From the human T2T-CHM13v2.0 reference genome, Homo sapiens, in NCBI RefSeq assembly GCF_009914755.1, contig NC_060929.1: DNA of 64,000 nucleotides, one strand, 5' to 3'. The notes beneath the pieces were generated by a model, which was not told the DNA's origin, ran no database searches, and worked only from the letters and a program-made list of their open reading frames with translations. Shown here one piece after another: positions 29,445 to 44,944 of the stretch. Each line of letters begins with the position of its first letter. The first letter of the stretch is position 1. The position numbers were made by a program, and so were the translations under genes.

Positions 29445-31806
29445 AGTTACAGTTTGAAGAAAACCTTGTTAATTTGAGATAAGAGTCCATATGCTCGTCT
29501 TGCATCAGTGTCCTTTGACATTAATGACTACTTTATACAGAAACTGAACTTATTTTAATCTCAAGATCAGCCCTTAAAATCTCACATGCCCACTTTTTCT
29601 GTGAGAGTCCCTGGATCTTGAGTTGTTGAATTGCTTTATTTTTGGCCCTGCGTCTCAAGAATGCAGTTTATTTTGATAGGCATCTTCTACTGGGTCTGAA
29701 GATGAGGCTTTAACTGCTCTCAGTATTTACAGTTTAGCAGGACTTGGAGTCCTTTTTAGACCCAGGAGTCAAAGCCCTGTAACTCAATGTCACAAAAACT
29801 TTAAAAGCACATGTAGAAAGACACACAGATTTAATAACCTTAATTAAAGATAAAAATTTTATCAAAGTTTTTTTTCCTAAGCAAACCAAAACTTTATAAT
29901 GGCATAGGAATTGCTTTTGATAAAATGAAATATCTTTTAGGCCAGTTACTGAAAGGCAGAAATAAAAACCATGTGCACTGAACAGAATATTATGTTGAAG
30001 AAAACATTTCCTTTGGGCATTTAAGAAAGCATTGTTAGCATCAGACCACAACAAACAGAAATTGAGGAAAAAAGACTTATACGAGCTGAAAATGAGTTGA
30101 AGGAGAACGTTATCATTTTGCGCCTTTTAAAAGGGGAGAAAAACCTGAAAGTGGCAAGATGCAATAAAAGTTAAACTTGGGTAAAAAAAATTAAAATCTC
30201 CTATGATTTATTAAGAGTAAATCAATTCCTTAAGAAAATTTCACTGTTGGTTTCTTTTTTTTTTAATAAATCCTCTTATTGTGACTTATGACTTATAAAG
30301 ACCCTTCATGACATGCTTGAAATTTTTATTTGTCCTGAACATAACCTCTTGTTTAAACAACCATTTTATTCTAGGAATAAATCTACCATATAATATTGTT
30401 TCTCATATAAAATTATTTCTCTTTAACCTTTCTTACCAAAAAAATCACTATTTTTATAATTTTCTTTACATCTCTCTTATTTTCTGGTTTCTTTTACCTA
30501 GTTTTTACCTAGCTTTAAATAAGCTTTGAAATAGAAAAAAATGGTTCATCTTTTAAAAAAAGACATGTTTTTTAGAAATAATGTTTTCTAAATATATATT
30601 TATAGATATATTTTTATAATATATAAAATAATTTGGATATTTATAATATATAATATATTTTTATAGTATATAGGGTATTATTTTATTGGAAAATATCCAT
30701 ATAATGAAATACCTATTATTAAATTTAATACAACTTTAGATTCTAAATTATGACATTTTCTACATGTATTTATCCTGTTACGTTTACCTAATTATTTTAT
30801 TTTAATCATTTACCTACATAATTTGTGAAAACTGTGATAGTCATTATTTAAAGTTATAGAACTGCCATTGTGAAATTTTAACTGAGACAGTGAAAAAGAT
30901 ATGACCTAACTGACTCCATCTTGCTTCTAACCTCAAGGCTGTTCTTGTTCATTCCTGGGCCTAGGCTGATCTAACTTTGGGAGGAAATTAATTTATACTT
31001 TAGCTTTGAAACAAAGACACTAACAGTTCCTTCTCAAAACAAACCTTACAGCCTGTGGACTAGATTGCCTAAAGCCACAAGATTAGAAGTTATGGTAATC
31101 TTACTAAATTCAAGATGTAGCTATTGTTATAAAACCAATGTTATTGTTAATAAATCAATGTCTTATTTATTAAAGATTACACAAGCAAAGATCATTCTGC
31201 TTTGGGCTGGGATTATACTTTTGCAAACCCTATGCCAAATTTTGACACATTATATTATTTGGCAAGAATAAGTATTAAATTGCTTGATTAAATGTAAACA
31301 ACAATGTCTGCTGGCAATTTTTAAGAGATTTCTAACATTACTTAACCAATAATTTTAAATCTAGATTATTTATTAAAGATTTTGCTTAAGTTATGTTAAC
31401 TTGAAAAAGCAGTTGAGTAGTCTTTTCCCTTTTCCTGATAAAGTATTTGATTCAAGTGCTTTTATTTTCTTAAGCCAATTAATTAGAGTTCCTTTTTTCC
31501 AGTAGTGAAATGTTGTGTAAACAACACATAAATACATAAATGTATTAGGCATGCTGATAGAAATACATCTTATAGATTCATGATAAACTTTTTTTTGTTA
31601 AACTTTCAGTCTTGATAACCTGTTTTACTACCATAGGTAGTTGTTAGCTAAATAGCCTTAAATTTGCATATTAAAGAAAATAACTCAGGTGAAAATCCAA
31701 GAGCAAAATTTACATCATAAGATACAGTGAGAAAAATTCTGATATGCTAGAGGGAAATTAAAATGGGTTTAATTGCCAATTGAACATAAAATTACAGAAA
31801 TTATGA

Positions 31807-31812
<6 letters not shown>

Positions 31813-31853
<41 letters not shown>
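31813..31853. repeat. (CA)n microsatellite, about 20 units
   Basis: Perfect ACAC run. Confidence 0.97.
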
Positions 31854-31855
<2 letters not shown>

Positions 31856-33707
31856 TCCTAAATCTTTTACTCCATAACTTTAGCCATGAGATAAATACAA
31901 ATTCACTGGCTTGCAAGAATAACCTTTTGAATCCAAATAGTGGTTTTTATCTTAATAGAAAACAGCAGATTTAAAGCAGGCAGAAAAGAAAAATAGAGAA
32001 AAAGAGAACTTAGGAAGTCTGTAGTTTGCAGGTCGACCTCAGGGCTCTTTTACTTTAATGTAAGTGTACTCAAAGACCATATTACTTTCATTTTACATAA
32101 ACCCTGGCAAGTGGAAGTGCCATAAAACCTATGGAGTGCTTGAAAGGGGGTCATTCTCCTTGTTTTCTCCTCATTCTTAGATTGTTTTCCACTCTTTTTC
32201 TTAAAAGGAGGAACTGAGCTGTGGCCTAGCGTTTTTGTGTGGTGGATCAATGTGTGCTGCTTGTGGGCAGGACTCCACAGTGTATCAACACTGAGTCATT
32301 TCCACACTCTTATGTGTCTCAGTTTCTCTCTCCAGAGGTCTGTGACCTCAGAGAAGACTCAAAATGGCAGGTGATCAGCCCTTATATGCATTTCCTGGAC
32401 AAGTGGGGGGTTTTGTTATTGTTATTTTGAATTAATTTTTGTTGGGGATTTCCCTGCGGGGCTGCTGCACGCTGTGGGGGTTCAAAACCCCAGAGACTCC
32501 CACGAGGCCCCCAGTCACCCAGGGGTGCCTTTTGGTGGGAGGAACAAATGCCCTTTCTCTTTGGAGCTGAGAAAACTCAATCTCTCATTTAGCTTTGAAA
32601 ACAGCAGTTCAGCTCCTCACACCAATGCACATAGACAAGCCGAATTGAGAGTAATTTGGGAGAAAAAGCGTTAGAGAAGTCTCCTTAGAATGTATCTCCA
32701 GACTAGAATTAGAATCCTTAGACAACAACTTCCTGGGAGAGAGAAAAAGACAACAGCCAAGACCACTTTATTTAAACTCCTGCTCAGCCACCCCTACTTT
32801 GTAGCTCTCATCTGCCATTACACATGCCAAGGTCAAATCCTCTCACAGTACAAGGTAATCTCTGTGATCCCCAAAGCCAAAGAGGCCAAGTCATGCAATA
32901 CAGGAAAACAGAGCTTTAGACCTAAGAAGAAGCTGCCCATGACTCTTGAAACTCCACCAAGAAAACAGAATACCCCAAAACAGGTGAATTCTTTAAAGTG
33001 GTTCAAGTCATTATATGACTCCTTTAGATTTTTTGGTACTACAGATGGCAAAGGGGGCAGGAGGTACAGGGTGGAAGAAAAGTAAATGAAAGAACTTTTG
33101 TTTTTTAAAAAAACAAGACGAAAACTCGTAAACTAAGTGCATGTTTTTCCTCCTTTGCAGTTGCCAGGAATTTTGTCCAAATTAGAGAGGCTTTGTTACC
33201 CAGAACTTGGAATTCTCACACAGATTTGACCAAGTCAGGTAAAATTGGTCAAATCTGATGGGTGAAAATCCAGAACAAACAACAACAATAAAAACCCCAC
33301 AATATGATCACTGGGTGCTCTAATGGTAAGTAGAAATTAAGACCAGCTGGTTGTTAAACTTTAGTCAAGACAAAACCCCAATTCAGGTACTTACCTAGGG
33401 ATGGGTCTCAGGCTGAAGACTGCTTTCTACCATTCTAGAAGCAGGGAAAAAAAAAAAGAGAGATCTCAAACTCATCTTCCCTGCTGAAAGGGAGCTCAAA
33501 CTCCATAAAGAAGTTACCTGCCTTTCATTGTGATGGATACAGGAAGTCTCTCCTTCCTTGTTGGGAGCAAGTAAAACTCCAAAAAAGAAGGGAGGTGTAC
33601 AGCAAAATAAACTTTAGATCTTGACCAAATTTTTGGAGATCAGAGATTCTCTGCAGGGGATGCTCACAGACCTCTGCAAATTCTCCCACTGGTTTGAGCC
33701 ATACCAG

Positions 33708-34411
33708 TGAGAGGAGGTACCAGCTGGGCTTCCTGGGTCGAGTAGGGGCTCAGAAAGCTGTGAAACTTACTCATTTCCTGCATCAGGACTTACTTCAGTC
33801 CTGGATGAATAATATTGAAGATATATGCTTAAAATATTCCTAACACCAGGACTTGTGCATGTGTTTTCTTCCTCAAGAAAGCTATAAACAGCTAAAAGCT
33901 TGCTATAAGTTTCCCTGTGTTCTCTCTCCCTTCCCCATCCCCTAAAACTAAAGGAAAAGAAATGTTAACTTCCCCTTTTTCTGTGACCAGCAGACCTTAT
34001 CTATACTCCCCATTCCAATTCCTTGTAAACATACTTTGTAAAGTCCTGTAAGATCCTGTCTCCTTTGCCATGCTGCTACAAGGTCATAAAGTAGATAAAA
34101 CCTAAGTTGCAATTCTGGTTTTCCTCAAAATCTTAGACATGTCACAAAATAATTTACTGCCTTTGTTTCTCACTCTGGTAACATCTTCCTGCTGCACATA
34201 TTTCCCTCCTTGAAGAGTTTAAAAGGCAATCACCCAAAACCAACACTGGCTACCCATTCAGGACCCCTTCCACGCTGTGGAAGCTTTGTACTTTCACTCT
34301 GCCTAATAAAGCCTACAGCTTTTTTCTATCATTCCGTGTCTCTATCACTCGCCGCAGACAGCTGCCACATCAATTCTTTGGCATGGCTTGGCAAGAACTT
34401 TAGGCGTTACA
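33708..34411 (+). mobile_element. ERV1 solo LTR (LTR30-like) nested in MER4-int
   Basis: TG...CA termini; TGAGAGGAGG.CCAGCTGGGCTTCCTGGGTCGAGTAGGGGCTCAGAAAGC start; TTTAAAA box ~34218; AATAAA ~34305. Confidence 0.75.
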
Positions 34412-34999
34412 CTGGTACCAAGCACTGATAGGAGATTTGTCAAAGGTCTGGGGCATCTCCACTCAGAATTCCTCTGGGGTTACCAAAATGTGAACCCCCA
34501 AAATCTGAGACAGGTCTCGGTTAATTTAGAAAGTTTATTTCGCCAATGTCCCAGACATGCACCCATGACACAACCTCAGAAGGTCCTGATGCCATGTGCC
34601 CAAGGTGACCAGAGCACAGCTTGGTTTTACACATTTTAGGGAGACATGAGACATCAATTAATATGTGTAAGATGTACATTGGTTCAGTCTGGAAAGGTGG
34701 AACAACTTGAGGCAAAGGCGGGAAAACTGGAAGCTGAGAGGGAGCTTCCATGTCACAGGTAGATAAGAGACAAATGGTTGCGTTCTTTTGAGTTTCTGAT
34801 TAGCCTCTCTAAATGAGGCAAACAGATATGCATTCATCTCTGTGAGCAGAGGGGTGACTTTGAATAGAATGGGAGGCAGATTTGCCTTAAGCAGTTTCCA
34901 GCTTGACTTTTCCCTTTAGCTTAGTGATCTTGGGGCCCCAAGATTTATTTCCTTTTCTCAATATACACTATATATACTTTTATCTATATTGCATTCATC

Positions 35000-36610
<1,611 letters not shown>

Positions 36611-38030
36611 CCTGGTATCACTTTTTTTTTTAATGAAGTTACTGAATTTTCAGTAGCATCCATGATTTTCTTATTAAAACATATTTTAAAATAAATTCAG
36701 AGATATTATTAAAAAGGAAAAGAAGGACTAGAAGGAAAACTGGAGAAAATGCATTTAACTAGAGTAAAAATACCAAGATGGGGAGATCTCAAAGGAATGT
36801 TCAAATACAGGGCCAAAATAAGATTGTACATATACTAAGTTCACAAAAGCACGAACAGGATAAACCCATGATTTTAAAAAATAGGAATAAAACAGAATAC
36901 CCACATATGTAACTGGGATATTTCAGATCACCAGAGATCGTTTTTTAATCCTTTAGGGAATTTGGTGCTTGTTGGTATTATAAATTTGATAACAAAATAT
37001 AAGCTTACTGAATAAGAATCATTTTAATTGTATTAATATCATGTTAATAATCATGTTAATCGTTTTGATTAGCAATTGTGTTAATGCAAAATTAATATTA
37101 TTTTAGGAAAAATTAATCATATATACTTCTTATTTCTAGTTACACAAAGAACTGGTCCTCAGGACAAAAGGGTGTCTAAGTTCAACACAAGAGTTCAACA
37201 AGAATCATAAAATGATGGCTGCATAGCAAGCATAAAAAGCAGATTCATATGGAAGAATCAGTAGAATTTTTTACAGTTTGGATGCTCTTAGGCATCTTAA
37301 TGATTATTTAACGATTAGAAAAAGGGGCAAAGAGAAGAAATCATGGATAGGGAAGTGGGAAACAGCATTAAGCTATTTTGAACAATTGATGAAGTGTGAG
37401 AAAATATAATCTGTTAGATCTCAATGCTTAAGACATTCTCTGAGTGATATTGATAAAAGGCTTTTGTGATAGATAGATAGATTGAATTGGCCTGATTGTG
37501 CAGAATGTAAACATAATATTAAAATTAATATTAATATTTAAAATATTAAAAGTTAAAAATAATATTAAAATCTTTCAAACTGATTTTCTATTCTCAGGAT
37601 AAAAATAATAACAAAATATATAAAAATATATAAAGTAATGTAACTATTATATATGTTTAATTATAAATATAATAGTATGGCTGACATATTTGCAAGTGGG
37701 AGATAGAAAATAATGGGGAACATAAGGCTTCCACTACCTTACTGAACAGCAATCAAAGAGTAAGTTTTAAATTTTGTAGATAATAAAGCAGATATTTTGT
37801 TTTAAAAGTAAACAGCTTATTAATAATCTTTGTGATCAAATAAAAGTCAAGGGGTGAATTAAAATTAAAGGCATACCATAAAATTTGCGAAGGGAAGGTG
37901 GAAGAAGATGGTTTCTCAGTATAGTTCTTTGTCTTTTATTGAGGGAAGACATTAAATATCATTTCATATTTTAGGAAGAAATCATGGTACAATAATATAT
38001 TTGAGAATTCTATAACAAAAAATCATAATA

Positions 38031-39220
38031 TAGCCATGTGTTGCTTAATGACGGGAATATGTTCTGATAGATGTCTTCTTTGGCGATTTTGTCACTGTAG
38101 AGTAAAATTACACAAACTAGATAGGAGAGCCTGTTACACACCTAAGCTATACAGCATAGCCTATTGCTCCTAAGCTACAAATTTGTACAGCAGACTACAG
38201 TATTAAATACTGTAGGCAATTATAATACAATTGTGAGTATTTGTGCATCTAAAAATATCTAAATCTAGAAAAGGTACAGTAAAAATATGGTATAAAAAAT
38301 ACAATACACCTGTATAGGATACTTACCAGGAATGAAGCTTGCAGGACTGGAGGTTGCTGTGGGTGAGACATTGAATGAGTGGTGAGTAAATATGAAGGCC
38401 CAGGCATTACTGTCTACTTTATAAATACTGTACATGGAGTCAACATTAAATTTATTTAGAAATTTTTCTTTCTTCAATAATAAATTAATCTTAGTTTACT
38501 ATAACATTTTTTCTTTATAAATTTTTTATTTTTAATCTTTGACTTTTGTAATAACATCCTAAAACACACATTGTACAGCTTTACAAAAATATTTTATTTT
38601 TTATATACTTATTATTTTTGTATTTGTAACATTTTTATATATTTTTAATATTTAAACTTTTTTGTTAAAAACTAAGATACAAAAATACACATTTACCTCA
38701 GCCTAATCAGGGTCAGGATTATCAATATTACTGTCTTCAACCTCCACATCTTGTTCCCTGGGAAAATATTCAAGGGCAATAACATGCATAAAGCTGTCAT
38801 ATTTTATGACAACAATGCCTTCTTCTGGAATATCTCCTGAAGGACCTGCCTGAGGCTGATTTACAGTTAATGTTTTTTATAAGCAGAAAAGTATAACTTT
38901 TCAAAGTTTTACTCTAAAATAATGATAGAAAGTATAGCATAATAAATATATAAACAAGTAACGGTCATTTGTTATCATTATCAAGTATTATGCAATGTAC
39001 GCAATTACATATGCTATAATTTTATACAACTGGCAGTGCAGTAGGTTTGTTTACAGCAGCATCGTCACAAACATGTGAGTAATGCATTGAACTGATATGT
39101 CAGAATGGCTACAATGTCAGTAGATGATAAGAATTTTTCAGCTCCATTATTATCTTATGGGACCACTGTCCTATATGTGGTCTGTTGTTAATTGAAATGT
39201 TGTTATACAGCACGTGACTG
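38031..39220. mobile_element. Tigger3 (Golem) non-autonomous DNA transposon, ~1.2 kb
   Basis: Degenerate terminal inverted repeats TAGCCATGTGTTGCTTAATGAC / GTTATACAGCACGTGACTG; interior TAGCCTATTGCTCCTA.GCTACAAA and CCTCCTGAAGGACCTGCCTGAGGCTG-type motifs. Confidence 0.85.
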
Positions 39221-39377
39221 CACCTAAAAAAATAAATGATGACCATGCCAGAGAGTGGCAAGTGTATTAGGAAGAAAAAAGTGGATATTTGTGTACAATA
39301 AACATATACAATTTTGATTTGTCAATTTAAAAATTCAATTAAAAAAGAACAGAGTTGATCAGGGATAAAAAGTTTAA

Positions 39378-40235
39378 TTAAAAATGGGCAAAGGATGTGA
39401 ACAGGCATTTCTTAAAAGAATACATACCAGTGGCCAACAAACATATGAAAAAATTACTTAACATCACTAATCAGCATAGAAATGCAGATCAAAACCACAA
39501 TTTGATACCATCTTACACAAATCAGAATGGCAATTATTAAAAAGTCAAAAAACAACAAAAGTTGGTGAAACTGTAAAGAAAAAGGAATACTTGTAGACTG
39601 CTAGTGGAAATAAACTAGTTCATCAACTGTGGAAAGCAGTTTAGAGATTTCTCAAAGAATTTAAAACAGAACTACCATTGAACTCAGCAATCTCGCTACT
39701 GGGTATATACTCAAAGGAAAATAATTCATTCTATCAAAAAGACACATGCATCCTCATGTTCACTGCAGTGTTATTCACAATAGCAAATACATAATGTCAA
39801 CCTAGGTACCCATGAACAGTGGATTGGACGAAAAAGAAATCTGGTACATGTACACCATGGAATACTATGCAGCCATTAAAAATAATGAAATCACATTTTT
39901 TGCAGCAACATGGATGAAGCTGGAGGACATTATCTTAAGCAAGCTACTTCAAGAACAGAAAGCCAAATACCATGTTCTTACTTATAAGTGCGAGCAAAAT
40001 GATTAATACATATTAGTGTAAAGATGTGAAAAATAGAGACTGGGGACCACTAGATGAAGCAGGAGAAGGGGTAATTGGGCAGAAGAATCACCTGTTGAGA
40101 ACTATGCCTAGTGCGTGTGTGACGGGATCAGTGGAACAAACCACAAGCCTCAGTGCCACACAATTTGTCTATGTAACAAACACATATGTGTACCCTTTAA
40201 TCTATAATAAAAGTTGAAATTATATGTTTAAAAAT
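39378..40235 (+). mobile_element. L1PB-like 3' end
   Basis: ORF2 C-terminus (WYMYTMEYYAAIKNNEI..FAATWMKLE) plus 3' UTR ending AATAAAAGTTGAAATT. Confidence 0.88.
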
Positions 40236-40237
40236 AT

Positions 40238-40555
40238 GTACAGAGTAGAATGGAGGTTACCAGAGGCTGGAGGGTAAAGAGATTTAGGAAAATCAAGGTA
40301 TACAACATTTCAGTTAGATAGAAGGAATAAGCTCAGGAGATCCATTGTACCTCATGGTGATTATAGTAAATACCAACATATTGTATACTTGAATATTGCT
40401 AAGAGGGTAGATTTTTTAAGTGTTCTCACCAAAAAAATTTTAAGTATGCAAGGTAGTATGTTAATTAGTTTGATTTAGTTATTCCACAATGTATACAATT
40501 ATCAAAGCATCATGTTATATACTAGAAATATAAATATATTTTTGTCAGTAACTAA
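40238..40555 (+). mobile_element. L1MA 3' UTR fragment
   Basis: AGAGTAGAATGGAGGTTACCAGAGGCTGG..TTCAGTTAGATAGAAGGAATAAG..TTGCTAAGAG. Confidence 0.8.
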
Positions 40556-41249
40556 ATACATAGCAATGAGCATTTGAGGCAAATGGCATATTTAGTGGCA
40601 TGCCAAATGAAAAGTAAAAGCAGTGTTGCTTATCTATATCTAGATATTTTAGGAATTTGTCCTTTACCTGTAAATTTAAAATTAGAAGATCTATAGGAAA
40701 ATTCCATTTAATTTTTGGTATTGGTGATTTTAGCTGTCTATATTTTATTTATCAGTATTACCAGTAGTTTATTATCTTGTGAATCTCTTATGTTGTGTAC
40801 AAATTTGCTTTGAAAATCCTTACATTTTAATGTAATAATTTTCATTCTTGTGCTGAGTCTAGAATCTTGATTTTTATATAGATCTGTTTATTTTATGTCA
40901 AGTCTAAATATACACTCAGGACACCCATTGGATGTCATAGTGACTATAGTTAAAAACAACATATTGCATATGTATGTTTATTAATTGATTACTTAAATAA
41001 TATTTAAATATTAATATATTTTATTTTATCATTTTAATCACTTTAATTATTGCTAACCTTCCAACTCCTAACTGAATCACATTAAATACATTATTGTTTT
41101 ATCCACTAACTCCCATATTTACATCAACTGCAGGTCTGCTTGTTTTTTTTTTTTATTGTATTGTTCTTCCGTAATATAATTTCTGTCTCTTAGTTTGCCT
41201 AGTGTGTGTTTATTAATTGGATGTTAGAAAGTATATTTCTTCCCGTTTA

Positions 41250-42036
41250 ATTTTAAATTTAATTTAATTTAATTTTAAGTCCACATGCAGGATGTGCAGG
41301 TTTGTGACGTAGGTAATCGTGTGACATGGTGATTTGCTGCATCTATCAACCCACCACTTACATATTAAGCCCAGCATGTATTAGCTATTTTTCCAGATGC
41401 TCTCCCTCCTCCTACCCGCTATAACAGGCCCCAGTGTGTGATGTTCCCCTCCCTGTGTCTGTGTGTTCACATGGTTCAGCTCCCACTTATAAGTGAGAAC
41501 ATGTTGTGTTTGGTTTTCTGTTCCTGTGTTAGTTTGCTGAGGATAATGGCTTCTAGCTCCATCCATGCCCCTGCAAAGGACATGATCTTGTTCCTTTTTA
41601 TGGCTGCATGGTATTCCATGGTGCTCCAACAAACAAATGAAAAAAAGCTCAACATCACTGATCATTCGAGAAATGCAAATCAAAACCAAAATGAGACACC
41701 ATCTCATGCCAGTCAGAAGGGTGATTATTAAAATGTCAATGAACAACAGATGCTGGCAAGGTTGCAGACAAATAGGAACGCTTTTACACTGTTGATGGGA
41801 GTGTAAATTAGTTCAACCATTGTGGATGACAGTGTGGTGATTTCTCAAATACCTAGAACCAGAAATACCATTTGACCCAGCAATCGCATTACTGAGTATA
41901 TCCAAAGAAATATAAATCATTCTATCATAAATATAAATGCACGCCTGTGTTCATTGCAGTACTATTCACAACAGCAAAGACATGGAATCAACCCAAATGG
42001 CCCATCAGTGGTAGACAGGGTGAATAAAATGTGGCC
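41250..42036 (-). mobile_element. 5'-inverted L1PA insertion
   Basis: Antisense 3' end to ~41623 joined to a sense ORF2 fragment ~41625-42036. Confidence 0.88.
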
Positions 42037-42639
42037 CATTTTTCTTCTGTTATGCAGACAGACTAAGGACTGATTACCTTGATCCAACTGGGGATAGAGT
42101 TCATTCAAATATAGATTGTAACTCTGGGAAGTTACTGTCAACTCCTTTTGCCTCTGTTCCTAGGGCATAGCTCTCATGACCTTTCACTAAGATGTATGTA
42201 TATTTATTGTCCACATTTTTCCCACCCCTGGCTAGTGCTGAATTCTAACACTTGTTTCCTCAGAACAGCTAGATCGCTAGCAGCCTACTATTTGCTGTAA
42301 TTATCAGTAGCTCTCTACATAGTTGCTTCTCCTCCTATCCCATGAAACTTCATAATTAGCCACAGCCCTATGGGGAGAATCAGCCAAAGCAGGTTGTTAT
42401 TCATTACTTTTTCTCAGGCTCTTGTCCCTCCTAGGGTCAATTTTGTCAATTTCTATCTTTCGTCAATTTCTGTTTTCATTAGGCCACAAAATACTTTGCT
42501 AGCTAACTTGCCCCCTCTTCAGTTCTCTTCGAGGACAAAACATTAATTCTCAGCCTTTTATATTGTGTCATCATTTGGCAAATGCCAACAGAGAACCTAA
42601 AGTTTCAAAAAGTGAGCGTTATCAAAAAGGAATTACAGT

Positions 42640-43095
42640 CAGTGAAAAAAGTTCAATCCCTAAAGGATACATACTGTTTGATTCCTTTTAATCACACTTT
42701 CAAAATAACAAAATTTTTGTGAAGATCAGTTGATGCCATAGGTTAAGGATGTTGGAGGGTGAGTGTGGCAATAGAATAAAAGAAAGAGGGAGACTTTTAT
42801 TAGTGGAATTGCTTTGTATTTTGATTGTGGTGGTGGTTACATGAACATACACGTGATGAAATTACATAGGACAATACATACACATTTGTGTGTACAAAAG
42901 ATTACATGTGAATTTATGAAGTTTGAATAAACTCTATGTATTCTGCTAGTGGGAATTTTCTGGTTATATTGTTTTATAATTATGCAAGATGTTACCATTT
43001 GGAGAAACCGGGTGAAAAGTACATATGACATCTCTATATTTTTTGCAACTTATTGTGAATCTATATTTACTTCAAAATTTAAAGTTTTCTTAAAA
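42640..43095 (+). mobile_element. L1MC/ME 3' UTR fragment
   Basis: ATACTGTTTGATTCC..GATTGTGGTGGTGGTTACATGAA..CAAGATGTTACCATTTGGAGAAAC..TTTGCAACTT. Confidence 0.7.
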
Positions 43096-44576
43096 GTAGC
43101 ATCCTCATCTCATCCTATTAACAGTCTTTACTGGTTATTTTCCATATAAATGCTCTTTAAATTATATTTAGATATGGAAGTAATTTTTGTTGAATTTAAT
43201 TGTTTTCATTTTTCTACTAAAGTTCACAATATCATTCAATGTTGAATAAATGGATTGCTCTATTGTTAATATTTGTGTCTTTTAAAGTATTATTATATTA
43301 ACTGGATCCTCTGTGAATCTATTTCTATTTCATCTGGTAATCTATATATTTACTTATCTCATCTATCATCAAATAGTTATCTATCTAGTAGCTAGTTTTC
43401 AATAATTTTGTAAAATGTGGAGATTACTGAATGACAGTGACTTTCTCCAGAGCTTACAATCATAGTATGGGCAGTATCATCTCTTGGGGTGTGAACAAAA
43501 TGCCTTAGATATTAGAATGGTTTGTGGCTCTTGAATGCTCACCCCTACCAAATTAAATATTATTCCTTTTAGGTATTAATTTCATGAAGAGAGTGTAATT
43601 AGCAAAAATATATTTTAAATGCTTCTTGGAATGTTGATAACGAAGAAAAATTGAGAAACACTGCTCTAGAGAAGAGCTATGTTTGCTATTGTCAGGCAGC
43701 TAACAAGAGCAGGGCTCTCAAAATGCGGTTGGCAACCTATGGGGAAGCAGATATTTGTCAAGAGGGCCACTAGGCTCAAATGATTGTCACAATACTACCA
43801 AGATGGATTTTAACATTTTACACTCATTCTCTCATGAGTGTACAGTGGCATTTTCTTTAAACTACATGAAATGTGATTCCACAACATATCAAATGCAGAA
43901 GCAAATATAGTCTATCAGTCATCTATTACACCAGACTTTAAAGATATTTCAACCAATGTAAAATAATGCAGTGCTTTTCACTTGTGATTTTTGAAAATGT
44001 TTTTTGAAAACGTTTTTCTTAATAAAGTATGTTATCTGCGTTAACATGTGGTGGGTTTCTTGTTATGTGTACATAAATTTACTATAGTTTTAAAATTCTG
44101 TTTTAGTTTCTAATATTATAAATGTTAATAGATATCTATCACATAAGAAAAACTCTTTGGTGTACTAAGCAATGTTTAAGAGAATAAAATACATCCTTTC
44201 GTTGAGGGGCAAACACCTAGATGAATGATGGCTTGATGACTTTGATGCACTTAATGATGTATTCATCTATTTTGAGAGTCACTGAGGTAGCTAAAGTAGC
44301 AATTTCAGACCAACTATATCCAGTCAGAAATTCTATTCTCATGAAATTTTTATTTTGTCCTAGAAAAGATGACTATTTCAGGTTCACATTCACTCCTAGA
44401 GTATTACCTTTCAGAGTTTCAGCTGAAAGTTGAGGAAGTGTAATGGGACTCTACCTATTTGATGGATCCTGATCTCCTGTTTTGCCCTGATGGTTCTACC
44501 AAATCATCTGTTTATGCCTCAAAATCTTACTGCTCTTGAATTTGGAAAGAAGTAACTCTAAAATGGTGATCTCATC

Positions 44577-44944
44577 TGATATCGTTTGGCTGTGTCCCCA
44601 CCCAAATCTCATCTTGAATTGTAGCTCCCATAATTTATGCATGTTGTGGGAGGGACCTGGTGGGAGATAATTGACTCATAGGGGTGGTTTCTTCCATACT
44701 ATTCTTGTGGTGTGAATAAGTCTCATGAAAGCTCATGGTTTTATAAGGGGTTTCCCCTTTCGCTTGTCTCTCATTCTCTCTTTGCATGCTGCCACGGAAG
44801 ACGTGGATTTTTTCTTCATCTTCTACCATAATTGTGAGGCTTCCCCAGTCATGTGGAACTGTGAGTCAATTAAACCTGCTTTACTTTATAAATTACCCAG
44901 TCTTGAGTATGTCTTTATTAGCAGTGTGAGAACAGACTAATACA
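44577..44944 (+). mobile_element. THE1B-like solo LTR
   Basis: TGATATCGTTTGGCTGTGTCCCCACCCAAATCTCATCTTGAATTGTAGCTCCC...GAACAGACTAATACA. Confidence 0.92.

Larger units (their letters stand above)
28150..34960 (-). mobile_element. MER4-group ERV1: 5' LTR (MER4A-like) 34489-34960 plus non-coding internal region, 3' LTR not seen
   Basis: TGTGAACCCCCAAAATCTGAGACAGGTCTC..ACATTTTAGGGAGACATGAGACATCAAT is antisense MER4A; PBS-like TTTTGGTAAC adjacent on minus strand; AT-rich MER4-int-type interior with LTR8-like piece at ~30868-31130. Confidence 0.75.

Noticed and set aside
32690-33085. 131-aa ORF
   Set aside because: Antisense to MER4-int with no recognisable retroviral or host domain.
44228-44290. 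C/D box snoRNA (TGATGA ... CTGA)
   Set aside because: Boxes only ~50 nt apart, no terminal stem and no host intron evident.
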